A model generated the notes under the pieces. It was not told where the DNA came from and searched no databases. It saw only the letters and a list, made by a program, of their open reading frames with translations. Below, piece after piece: positions 52,819-64,000 of a stretch of DNA of 64,000 bases. How positions within the stretch are numbered: position 1 is the first letter of the stretch; each line of letters starts with the position of its first letter. The DNA lies in NCBI RefSeq assembly GCF_006345805.1, contig NC_043019.1, positions 62,001 to 126,000 of the forward strand. Direction: 5' to 3'. A program made the translations under genes and the position numbers. The stretch is from Octopus sinensis. Taxonomy: Eukaryota.

Positions 52819-54082
52819 TTCGTTCTACGTTGATAAAAGATAATGCTTCCGGTGGCATTCTCAGATCAAGAAGGGAATGTTTGCCCTCTCTAAAATGACC
52901 AGGCTGGTCATAGCTCTGATTGCCATTACTCTTTGGCTGGTATGTAAATAATATTTTAGGATGATAGGGATCGAAACAAGGTGCTGGAACTCGTTGTCGT
53001 TGATGCATCGATTCGAGGATTACGGCCAGGAGCGACTTTTTAGATGAGAAAATCACCTCCATAACATGTCGTCCATACTGTTTGAATTGTAAGATGTCCA
53101 TATCGACGAGAGAAGATAAAAACGGTAGGAATTTAGTCAACATATTCCAATGAAATGTTACAAGAACTCTCTTCCAGTTAATATAATCCTGTAACGGTAG
53201 GTAATTTTTATCTCCGATTAACACTGGTACGGATCCACTTTGAAGTATTTCAACCAAATGAATCTGAAAAACGTTCCAATCATTTTCCTTAAATAACTGA
53301 CGTGGCATCACTATTATGGTAAAAGTGGAGTTGGTCAAAATTTGCAGTCGTTTTTTCTTTGGACAGCTCCAAATATCCGATGGAGAACATTCGCTGGAGA
53401 CTGTTATTGGCAGCAACGAAGAATTGTGTCTTTTCAGGTATTCAAAAAGACTGGTAGACAGTGGTTGATATTTTCTGAAAATATCTAGTTTTGGCTGAGA
53501 GCCACTTAGATACGATATCCAATATTTACGACGGAGAGGAAAAAGTGGAAGGAGTATTTCCCACGTATCCTTTGAATTATTATTATTGTAAAATGGTAAA
53601 ATAAAATCAAATCCAACTCGGAACGTAAAGTACTGAAAGCGTGGTTGAGCCACCAATGCATGGCCAGGAGGAAGTGGCCCTTTTCTGTTGATATCCAAGT
53701 TAATGATGATGTGGTTTGACCCATTTTCCTGCCAAAATTGTAAATCTGTTAATTTTGATCCTGGTTTCCAGAAAAAAATATACATACAAGCATCTTCTGG
53801 ATTCTTGGTTAAGTAGGTCTTTCCCAAAATGGAATTATCCTTAGTGCGGTTCCAAACAGCACTTGGGTACACAAAGGCTTTGAAATTAGAAATGTTACAG
53901 CGTTTGGAATTGAAACATGTTTCCATGTTACATTCATTAGATTGGGGTCTAGCAAAGCTTGGTAAAGAAGCATAGTATTTTGACAGCTTTGTTTTCAATT
54001 TTGGTGAAGTGATGTATATAAATAAGACAGAGATTAAAATGAGAATGAATATGACAAACTGGTACTTTCTTGTAGAATTCAT
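52819..54082 (-). CDS. EXTL3: EXTL3-like coding exon 1 (421 codons + 1 nt): type II signal-anchor and GT47 exostosin domain
   Basis: Hydrophobic anchor aa ~9-25; CNMETCFNSKRC, NPEDACMY, W..NGSNHII, FRVGFD, STF, GSVPVL..LP....W motifs. Donor CGA A|gtgagt just before the ORF stop. Confidence 0.9.
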
Positions 54083-54083
54083 T

Positions 54084-54136
54084 TCACCGCTGATTCATAA
54101 AACCCTTTTTTATACGGTAGAGTACCAATTGTACAT
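54084..54136 (-). promoter_or_regulatory. Two short upstream ORFs in the inferred 5' UTR (54136-54110 MYNWYSTV*, 54098-54084 MNQR*)
   Basis: Both lie between a candidate acceptor (tttctag| at 54155) and the main ATG. Assumes this acceptor is used. Confidence 0.4.
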
Positions 54137-54609
54137 TTACGCCTTTCTCTTGAAACTAGAAATATAGATATATACAAGATGCAAAATGTGAGTTTTATTA
54201 GAAAGTATGATTTGTTTTGTACATAAAAAAAAAACTGAGAAAAAACTAAACATTTGAGATCATACAAGAACGAAAATAGTCTTTTGTCATGAGTACTGCA
54301 GGGGATAATCTCTAATGGGAGTCAGGTGAAAATGTAGCAATCAATGCAAGTAGAAAAAAAAAAGCATATGGAAGAAAACTATAGAAATGTGAGCGTGTGT
54401 CAGTCTGTATGTGTATACGCATCTCCAGTCATACACACACACACACACACACACACACATTCCATGGTAATATAAAACAAGCCAAAGGCTGCGAGCTGGC
54501 AGAATTGTTAACGCGCTGGGCGAAATGCGGCCTGTTACTACGTTCTGAGTTCAAATTGCGCCGAGGTCGACTTTATCTTTTAAATATATATATATATATA
54601 TATATATAT

Positions 54610-56888
54610 CAGTGGCATGCGGTGACTTCCGGGGCTGGGCATGCAATGGATTTCTTTGCATCCACCCCACCTCGGCAATTTTTCAGTAAAAAAATTTTGG
54701 AATTCCTACGATTTACATATGGGAGATTCTGAATATGCAATCACCCCCGTATGACCTAGATTAAAAAAAAAACGTCGCCTTGGTACTATTTAAGAATAGT
54801 GGTCCTGTTGCGCGCGCTCGCGCATCCGCGCTGGCTAGTCGTGACTAGTCGATCCTACGACTATCTAGCAAAGTAAATAAATTTTTTAAACAAAATATAT
54901 AAAACACAAAAACACAAATTAAATAATGTTTTAAACAAAGTAAATAAAACACAAAGTAAGAATCGGCTAGTCACGACTAGCTGGCGTGGATGCTCTTAAA
55001 TAGTACCCATGATTTTTGAATTGTTTGCAATACTCATCAAATTTGTTGAAATTCGAAAGTTCCATGAATTTAAACTCTTCTAAGGATGAATATCGTGCTT
55101 TTATTTGGTCAACTATTGTACTGATAATTTTGTTATAAAGCATTTTATAATGTCGTTGTGGCTCAATAGATATATTCTTGGATCTCTGAATTCCGATTCC
55201 TGCATCGACTCCATATTCCCCCCCCCCGGTTCAGTCCCACTGCGTGGCACCTTGGGCAAGTGTCTTCTACTATAGTCTCGGGCCGACCTGAGAGCCTTGT
55301 GAGTGAATTTGGTAGACGAAAACTGAAAGAGGCCCGTCGTATATATGTATATATATGCGTGTGTGTGTGTTTGTGTGTCAGTGTTTGTCCCCCTAGCATT
55401 GCTTGACAACCGATCATCATCATTGTTCGACCGTGGTCGAGACAATGGAATTTACCATGCTACGCCAGACTTCACGGTCCATCATGGCATTACGGAGGTC
55501 CTGTTGCTGGACGCCTGTATCCCTGGAGATTACATCAGGGTAGGAGAGTGTGCGCCCTCTGGTATTGCGAGTAGATGGCTTCCAGAGGAGAAGTGTAGAA
55601 ATTACCTCTTTTTCAGCTCTACAACAATGTCCAGCAGACTGGACTCTCTTACCTTTGACAACCGATGCTGGTGTGTTTATGTCCCCGTTACTTAGCAGTT
55701 CGGCAAAAGAGACAGATAGAATAAGTACTGGGCTTACAAAAGAATAAGTCCCGGGGTCGAGTTGCTCGATTAAAGGCGGTGCTCCAGCATGGCCGCAGTC
55801 AAATGACTGAAACAAGTAAAGGAGTAAAAGAAATTGAAAAATTATCAAGTTTGTTTTCGAGTACAGTTCTAGTTTTATCTATTTGATCTTTACAATACAC
55901 TATGTCATGACTTTTACTCTGGAGGATGTTAAATAAGAAAAAAGAAAAAATCTCACTGAATACTTCTAAATCAGGAGCTTTTAAAGTGTGTAAGAATCCA
56001 ATTGCTGAATTTATGGTGGTATCATCCCATGCTTCAGGATTTTCAATGATGTGCTCAAAAAGGCTGATTATGAAATTATAATTTTCCTTTGTGGTAATAA
56101 TAAGCCGTGAGGAGTAATTCCATTGCTGTTACCTTCGGAAATCTTTTTTTTTTAACAATGTTATCTAATGCATTAGCCCTTTTCAGTGTTGGTCTCCCAC
56201 TATTTATAATTAATTATTTTCCATCGAATTCTCCTTTCGAAAAACTATTTCTCAAAATATCGTTTATAACACACATTTCACTCATTTCGTAAAAGGCTGT
56301 TCTTATATACGAACACACGTGGAAGCGCCGGCGTAAATTGTAAGTCAATTTCAACAAAACAGAAAGATACAGAAAGTGGGTATCATGCGGTCAGGTCATA
56401 GCATGACATGCCACTGAGAGAGAGAGGAAGGGGGTACAAAATATTATGAACGACCTTTCCTCCTAACATCTGTTTTATCAATTCACTAAGAGAGAGAGAG
56501 GAAGGAGGGACAAACTAAGAGACAGAGAGGGAGGTCAAGCGAGTCTTCCCACAGCATGACGAGCCACTAAGAGAAAGAGGAAGGAGGTAAAAATATTTAA
56601 AATGCCCTATCCTCTTAGCGTGTCTTTTAAACAAGTCACTAAGAGAGAGAGAGAGAGGAAGGAAGGACAAACTGAGACAGAGAGGGAGTGTCTGACATGC
56701 TGGTATTGTCAATGCATGACTTCTAAAAGCAGAAGTAGAGTCACTGAGAGGGAAGGGGAGACAAAATACAACTGGACGGATTTTCTTTGAAACAAAGTAA
56801 CTATTTTATCTAATTTTCCGAACATATGGATAAAAAAATCACAGGGCATGCAACGCATACCTTGCATACCTGAGAGTGCACGCCCCTG
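54610..56888 (-). mobile_element. Decayed hAT (ZMYM1-like transposase) element inserted in (TA)n
   Basis: Ends CAGTGGCATGC.../...GCACGCCCCTG; relic motifs YAGAS and WNYSSRL...LFEHII...DDTTINSAIGF at ~55950-56330. Confidence 0.6.
55415..55654 (-). mobile_element. 5'-truncated RTE LINE with 12-bp TSD inside a family A SINE (55228-55830)
   Basis: Same family as 30592-30876; TSD TTGACAACCGAT at 55403-55414 and 55655-55666. Confidence 0.88.
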
Positions 56889-56918
56889 ATATATATATAT
56901 ATATATTTATATATATAC

Positions 56919-57437
56919 GCAAAAAAGGGTGGAATATAATTAATTTAATAAAATTAATAAATTTCACCTAGTAGATTTATCGGTATGGAAAAGATCCTAT
57001 TTGTTAAGGGTTATAATAATTATAATTAAGGGTTAATCGCAACAAGTTGCTCAAAACCATATTCCGAAAATATTAGAAATAGCAGCTAAATTGACCACTA
57101 TTTTTCCTACTAATAAAAAGTCTCCACAAACAAACAGAATTTGTAACCTGTATATGGCAAAAAGGGAAGAAAATAACGAAATCCCAGCCTTTTTTGCCAT
57201 ATTACAGGTTACAAATTCTGTTTGTTTGTGGAGACTTTTCATTAGTAGGAGAAATAGTGATCAATTTAGCTGGTATTTCTAATATCTTCGGAATACGGTT
57301 TTGAGCAACTTTGTTGCAATTAACCCTTGATTATAATTATTATAACCCTTACCAAATAGGGTCTTTTCCATACCGATAAATCTACTAGGTGAAATTTATT
57401 AATTTTATTAAATTAATTATATTCCACCCTTTTTTGC
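56919..57437. repeat. Fold-back inverted repeat, ~250-bp arms, ~22-bp spacer, between (TA)n tracts
   Basis: 56919-57165 versus 57188-57437; related to fragments at 140-240 and 590-800. Confidence 0.92.
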
Positions 57438-57798
57438 ATATATATATATATACTTCAAAAATAAGGGTGAAAAATTGGATATTAATTTAATAACACCAAT
57501 TCAACACCAAGCGATCCAGCGCACAAATCCTAAGATTCAGTAAATATAATACACAAATATAAGAGAGGATCCACTATGTGGACGCTCTTGCGCTAAAAAT
57601 AGATCCGTAATGGTCTCACCCATTAAGAATTGTTCCCAAGAAAATTAGCACAACTATGAACGTAAGCGAGCAGGACAAATGAAAAATAACAAAAATGTAG
57701 ATTATAATTTTTCTTGACAACAATTCTTGATGGTTGAGACTATTGCGGATCTATTTTTAGCGCAAGAGCGTCGACATAGTGGATCCTCTCTTATATTG

Positions 57799-57834
<36 letters not shown>

Positions 57835-57891
57835 ATTATATATATATATATAATTATATATATATATATATACAATTATATATATATATAT

Positions 57892-57967
<76 letters not shown>

Positions 57968-58178
57968 TATAATATATATATATGTATATATATATATATG
58001 TATATATATTATATATATATTATATATATATATATATTATATATATATATATATTATATATTATATATATATATAGTCCGTGTGTATCATAAGTTGAAGA
58101 CGGGAAGGATTGCTTCCCTTCGCAATACTGATAGGGCACAGAAAGTGTGTGTGTGTGTGTCTCTCTCTCTCTCCCTAT

Positions 58179-58244
<66 letters not shown>

Positions 58245-58270
58245 CTGAGATAGATAGATAGATAGAATGG

Positions 58271-58354
<84 letters not shown>

Positions 58355-58625
58355 GATAAATCTCAGAGCGAGTATATGTATTTGTGAAGGGAACCGACTT
58401 CTCATCGACAACTATGATTGTCACACGCCGATGACGGGTCAATACTCTGAAACTCGAGTCCGTGTGTATCATAAGTTGAAGACTGGAAGGATGGCTTCCC
58501 TTCGCAAGTACTGATAGGGCACATAATGTGTGTCTATAGCCAGCTGGAGGAGGTATCCTCCTGGGGCTACAAACTACAGTAGCATCCACCCTTAGGGGTT
58601 AGCCATATTCAAATGGCAAATATAC

Positions 58626-58669
<44 letters not shown>

Positions 58670-59150
58670 TATATATAAAAACATATTGAATATATATTTT
58701 TGATATATTTCATATATTTCACATCCTTCTTCAGCACAGCTTTCCATTGAAAAAGATTTATCATAGATTTATCAAATGCTACGTACCTCAAACCTTCTGA
58801 CCATGCGACATCAAAATGTTTGAAGAAAGTGAGCAAAAGCTAAACCTACATAGACGTTTGAATTCGTAAATCTTCCCTCCAAAATTTTGCCATGCGCACT
58901 ACAAAAATAGTTCTATGTGATTAGGAACTATTGGGTTGTCATAAGGGAGTGAAAAATCCAAATAGTAATATAATAATAAGAGTAAATAATTTCTATAAAG
59001 GCTTTAAAAAAAAAACCAATTATTTACTGGTATGTAAAGTTCAGTATATATATTGTATATAAGAAAAAGGGACAGGCAACAGGTTGCTTGACCGCATACC
59101 GAAAAAATAGAAATAGCAGTCAAGAATGCTTATTTCTATCAAAGTTGGAC

Positions 59151-59265
59151 TCTGTGCTGAAGAAGGATGCGAAATATATATGCAATGTATATGAAATATA
59201 TATCAAAAATATATATGAAATATATATTCAATATGTTTATAATCCAGAAACATGATGTTCACAGA
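59151..59265 (+). ncRNA. Type I hammerhead motif (GUU site after 59259)
   Basis: TCTGTG-CTGAAGA-A-GGAT...ATCC-A-GAAA-CA(TGA)TG-TT-CACAGA. Confidence 0.6.
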
Positions 59266-59795
59266 TAACCACCAGACTTCGTTTTCGTTATCTATTCCTT
59301 CTGTTTTGCATATGTGAATTACAGGGTTTGTCGTGCCCGGAGTCCAACTTTGATAGAAATAAGCATTCTTGACTGCTATTTCTATTTTTTCGGTATGCGG
59401 TCAAGCAACCTGTTGCCTGTCCCTTTTTTTTATATACAATATATATACTGAACTTTACAGAAGTTCCTGCCGGTAATCGGCTATATTTACATACCGAATT
59501 CTACCAGTAAATAATTGGGGTTTTTTTTAAAAGCCTTTATAGAAATTATTTACTCTTATTATTATATTACTATTTGGATTTTTCACTCCCTTATGACAAC
59601 CCAATAGTTCCTAATCACATAGAACTATTTTTGTAGTGCGCATGGCAAAATTTTGGAGGGAAGATTTACGAATTCAAACGTCTATGTAGGTTTAGCTTTT
59701 GCTCACTTTCTTCAAACATTTTGATGTCGCATGGTCAGAAGGTTTGAGGTACGTAGCATTTGATAAATCTATGATAAATCTTTTTCAATGGAAAG

Positions 59796-59908
59796 CTGTG
59801 CTGAAGAAGGATGTGAAATATATATGCAATGTATATGAAATATATATCAAAAATATATATGAAATATATATTCAATATGTTTATAATCCAGAAACATGAT
59901 GTTCACAG
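59796..59908 (+). ncRNA. Type I hammerhead motif, second copy 644 bp downstream
   Basis: CTGTG-CTGAAGA-A-GGAT...ATCC-A-GAAA-CA(TGA)TG-TT-CACAG. Confidence 0.6.
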
Positions 59909-60197
59909 ATAACCACCAGACTTCGTTTTCGTTATCTATTCCTTCTGTTTTGCATATGTGAATTACAGGGTTTGTCGTGCCCGGAGTCCAACTTTGATAG
60001 AAATAAGCATTCTTAACTGCTATTTCTATTTTTTCGGTATGCGGTCAAGCAACCTGTTGCCTGTCCCTTTTTCTTATATACAATATATATACTGAACTTT
60101 ACAGAAGTTCCTGCCGGTAATCGGCTATATTTACATACCGAATTCTACCAGTAAATAATTGGGGTTTTTTAAAAGCCTTTATAGAAATTATTTACTC

Positions 60198-60254
<57 letters not shown>

Positions 60255-61077
60255 CTTATGTATTCCAAAACCGAGTTACGTATAAGGTATCAAAAGATTC
60301 AGTACTCTTTCGGCTACAAATTGAACTTAATTTCCTTTCGCATATTTGCATTTCAAAAATTTAACATTATATAATCTTTCCATAAACCACCTATCGTAAA
60401 CATGCTATACGATGACGTCACATTTTCTGTATGTGTGTGTGTACCTTAAAATCATCAATTATCACGACACACACCTTCACTCACTCACTTTATCTCTCAT
60501 TTTTACTCTCTTTCTCTCTCACACACATAGGCGCACGCGTATAATAAATAGACATAATATAATATCTAAAAGTTGATGAATAGCACCTCTGGATCCCCTC
60601 CATTTTCTTAACTGCTATATATAAATATATATATATATATAATAATAAATATTAGGGAATAAATCCAAACTTACAGGGAAAAATCAGATTTAGGATTGAA
60701 TCCAATTTTATAGTAAAATATTATGTTATATTATATATTATAGTGTGATATTAATTATATTTTTTAATAATTTTGTTACATATTTAAATAATATAAATTA
60801 ATCATATGTATTGGCTTAAGTCTTTCATTGTTTGATTTGCCACATAGTGGTTTTGTCTCTAATTTAATATAATATATATTTATATATTCTCAAAGGATCT
60901 TTGTACTTGTGATATTTTACTGTTTTACCACCATATCTTCATGAGTTACTTTTGAGTAAACATTATCTGGGAGAATTTTTCTTAAAGTAATAGCTAAAAA
61001 AAACTTTTTGGCTGCTATTTCTAAAAGTTCAGTATGTGGCAAAGTAATTTATTTTACTAAGCCCTAATTATATAATG

Positions 61078-61154
<77 letters not shown>

Positions 61155-62304
61155 ATAGATAGAGAGAGAGAGAGGGAGAGATTAGTTTAAGAGACAGAAC
61201 CACCTTCAAGCAACTCAATCAACATTGAACGACGATATCAATGATAGAAGTATATAATATTAAATATTATCAGCTTAATACCTGCAATGGTTCATATACA
61301 TTAGTGGGAAATTCGTTATAGTACCACTAAATTGAATTCCTCTCCCTTGTGGACTCGGAAATAAATTCCCTAACATTAGAACCTGAAAATAAAACAGGTT
61401 TGTTATAAATATATATTTAGGTTTGAAATCGCTCTAATGAGTTTTTACTGATGTGAAAGTGATAGTACATTGTTAATTAACGTAATTATCAAATAATATT
61501 CACCTAATTCAAAGTGTTTCGATTTCAACCTGAAGGTTTTCGGTCTCTTGAAAGTTCAGTATATTCAAAGAGCAGAAAAATGTGTGGCTTCTACAACAGT
61601 CGCTACGCAATTAGGAAAAATCTGGACGAAGATTGTAAACGTGTGGGTGCTACCTTGTCGTCTGGGTGTGTCTTTGTTTAAATGTCTGTATGTGTAAGTA
61701 TGTATGTTGTACTGTCATGGTATATGGTGCATGTGTGTATATACGTGTGTATGTTGTAGTGTGAGTGTATGTTTGATTAAAGGTATATGTGTGTATGTAA
61801 GCGTATGTTGTAGTGTGTATGTGTGTTAGCGATTACACAGGTATACAACCAAGCTTTTTACAATATTTTACGAGTAAAATATTTCATTTCCATTTACTGA
61901 ATATAATATAAAAATATAGTCCAGTTATATGTATGCTGTTATGTTCTAAGTTCAAATTCCGCTGAGGTCGACTTTGCCTTTCATCCTTTCGGGGTCGATT
62001 AAATAAGTACCAGTTAGGCACTGGTGTCGTTATAATCAATTTAATCCGTTTGTCTGTCCTTGTTTGTCCCCTCTGTGTTTAGCACCTTGTAGGTAATAAA
62101 GAAATAGGTATTTTGTCTGCCGCTGTTGTAGTGTGTATGTGTGTTAGCGATTACGCCCTGTAATCTAGTGGTTCGGCCAAAAAACCGATGGATCATGTAC
62201 TAGATCTTTTAAAAATTAGTCCTGGGGTCAACTAAAATCTTTCAAGGTAGTGTTCCAGCATGGCCGCAGTCACATGAGTGAAACTAGTAAAAGAATAAGA
62301 GAAT

Positions 62305-62475
62305 AGGAGTGGCTGTGTGGTAAGTTCATTGCTTACCAGCCACATGGTTCTGGGTTCAGTTTCACTGCGTGGCACCTTGCGCAAGTGTCTTCTACTATAG
62401 CCTCGGGCCGACCAGAGCCTTGTGAGTGGGTTTGGTAGACGGAAACTGAAAGAAGCCGGTCGTATATATGTATAC

Positions 62476-62511
<36 letters not shown>

Positions 62512-62735
62512 ATGTTTGTGTGTCTGGGTTTGCCCCCCGCCACACACACACACATCGCTAGACAACCGATGCTGGTGTGTTTACGTCCCCGTATTGTAGC
62601 GGTTCGGCAAAAGAGTCCGATAGAATAAGTACTAGGCTTACAAAGAATAAGTGCTGGGGTCGATTTGCTCGACTAAAGACGGTGCTCCAGCATGGCCACA
62701 TTCAAATGACCGAAAAGAGAAAAGCGTAAAAGAGA
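62305..62735 (+). mobile_element. SINE family A, near full length
   Basis: Head, core, linker and tail recognisable. Confidence 0.85.
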
Positions 62736-63609
62736 AAGGGTAATAAATACATATTCAAGGAGGGAGTAAAGGAAAAAAAACTGGGTTAAATCCATTATGT
62801 CAACTGTTCTACAAAACCTGACATATCAGTTACGTTGTCATAGTGAGGTCATTCGTTATAGTATCGCCTTAAGCAATCTGCTATCCTATTTGGTTATGAA
62901 ACAATGAAATTCGAACCTGATTCTTTGTTTTCTGTTTGCTTCGAACATTTTAAGAATGTTTATCCTGATTTAAAATGTCAGACGAAACTACTGAATCGGA
63001 AAACTGGTGGTGCGTATGTATGTATGTACAACCTGTTGCATGGTCGGGTTATCGGCGACTAAACCGGCAACCCCACCAAGCTTGCTTGATGAGGAGGGTG
63101 TTTATTGGACACCTTGCGGAATGTAAAACAAAACCTGTTAAAGGGAGGAGGAACTCTTGAGAGTCAACGGCCATCCAGTAAATGTCTTAAGGCTGTATCA
63201 TGTGCGGGACATTGAAATAATCGGGCTGAATACCTGATCGCGCGGTTAAACCATTGGGAGTGAAGGACTCCTAGCCTTTGTAAGGGCATCCTTTTAGGAG
63301 AAGGTAACTGAAGTAGCTGGGATAACTCCGACATGAAACCTGCGGCTCAGTGGTTACCGATGATGTTGACTTGTTCTTCTTTTCGGATTATGGCTGCTGT
63401 TGCTTAGTGAGTGAGATTGACTCAGTGCACAGCCTTTCCCCACTTAAAAAAAATCTTCTTGCACAGGCATTGCACGATAACAACATTGATTAAGCTTCGT
63501 GCAATGGCCATACACGATAACGAGGGGGCAGCCACCATGTATGTATGTATGTATGTATGTATGTATTATGCTCGCATGTACGTGTGTATGTATGTATATA
63601 TATATATAT

Positions 63610-63693
<84 letters not shown>

Positions 63694-64000
63694 ATATAAG
63701 TTTAACAATTAAGGATAATCTCTTAATAAGGGATCTTAACAAGAAATTATCGGGTAGTTAGCGTGAAAACCTCATAAAAGAAAAGAATTCGAAAATAATT
63801 TTTTTCTTTTGAACAAATTAATTATATCTATATTGTATAGAGGGCATTATTACACATAAATGCCTCACACTAAGAGGGACAAAGTCATTACTACCAAAAT
63901 TATACTAATCATACCTAAATGCAGTTTTTCAAAGCATTTTTTTAAATGTCTTGCTTTGAAAAACTGCATTTAGGTACGATTAGTATAATTTTGGTAGTAA

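Larger units (their letters stand above)
58690..60180. repeat. Compound inverted plus direct repeat structure
   Basis: 58690-59036 inverted to ~59503-59830; 59152-59530 directly repeated at 59796-60175. Confidence 0.85.

Noticed and set aside
62975-63380. GC-richer segment resembling a LINE 5' UTR, possibly with an HDV-like ribozyme
   Set aside because: Could not assemble P1-P4 or find an adjacent ORF.

Overview
AT-rich, microsatellite- and transposon-dense animal DNA. The repeat repertoire suggests an octopod cephalopod (inference). One host gene is supported: a minus-strand EXTL3-like exostosin (GT47+GT64). I rebuilt it by hand from 7 coding exons at 54082..15962: 2019 nt, 672 aa, all introns GT-AG and phase-compatible, including a 36-nt micro-exon. 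The predicted protein lacks the coiled-coil stem, the C-terminal tail and both cysteines recalled as forming the EXTL3 dimer disulphide. The remainder is mobile DNA: Helitrons with PIF1-helicase relics, a Penelope-like element with inverted pseudo-LTRs, RTE, L1/Tx1 and R4/Dong LINE fragments, Tc1/mariner, hAT, MITEs and two abundant tRNA-derived SINE families. The main unannotated signal is about a dozen hammerhead-ribozyme (HHR) motifs found by eye. Most are type I and several lie in sense orientation inside the EXTL3-like introns. One candidate has a non-circularly permuted (pseudoknotted) strand order and sits in a 3.1 x ~783-bp tandem array. All RNA folds are manual and untested. Family names come from recalled motifs, not database searches.
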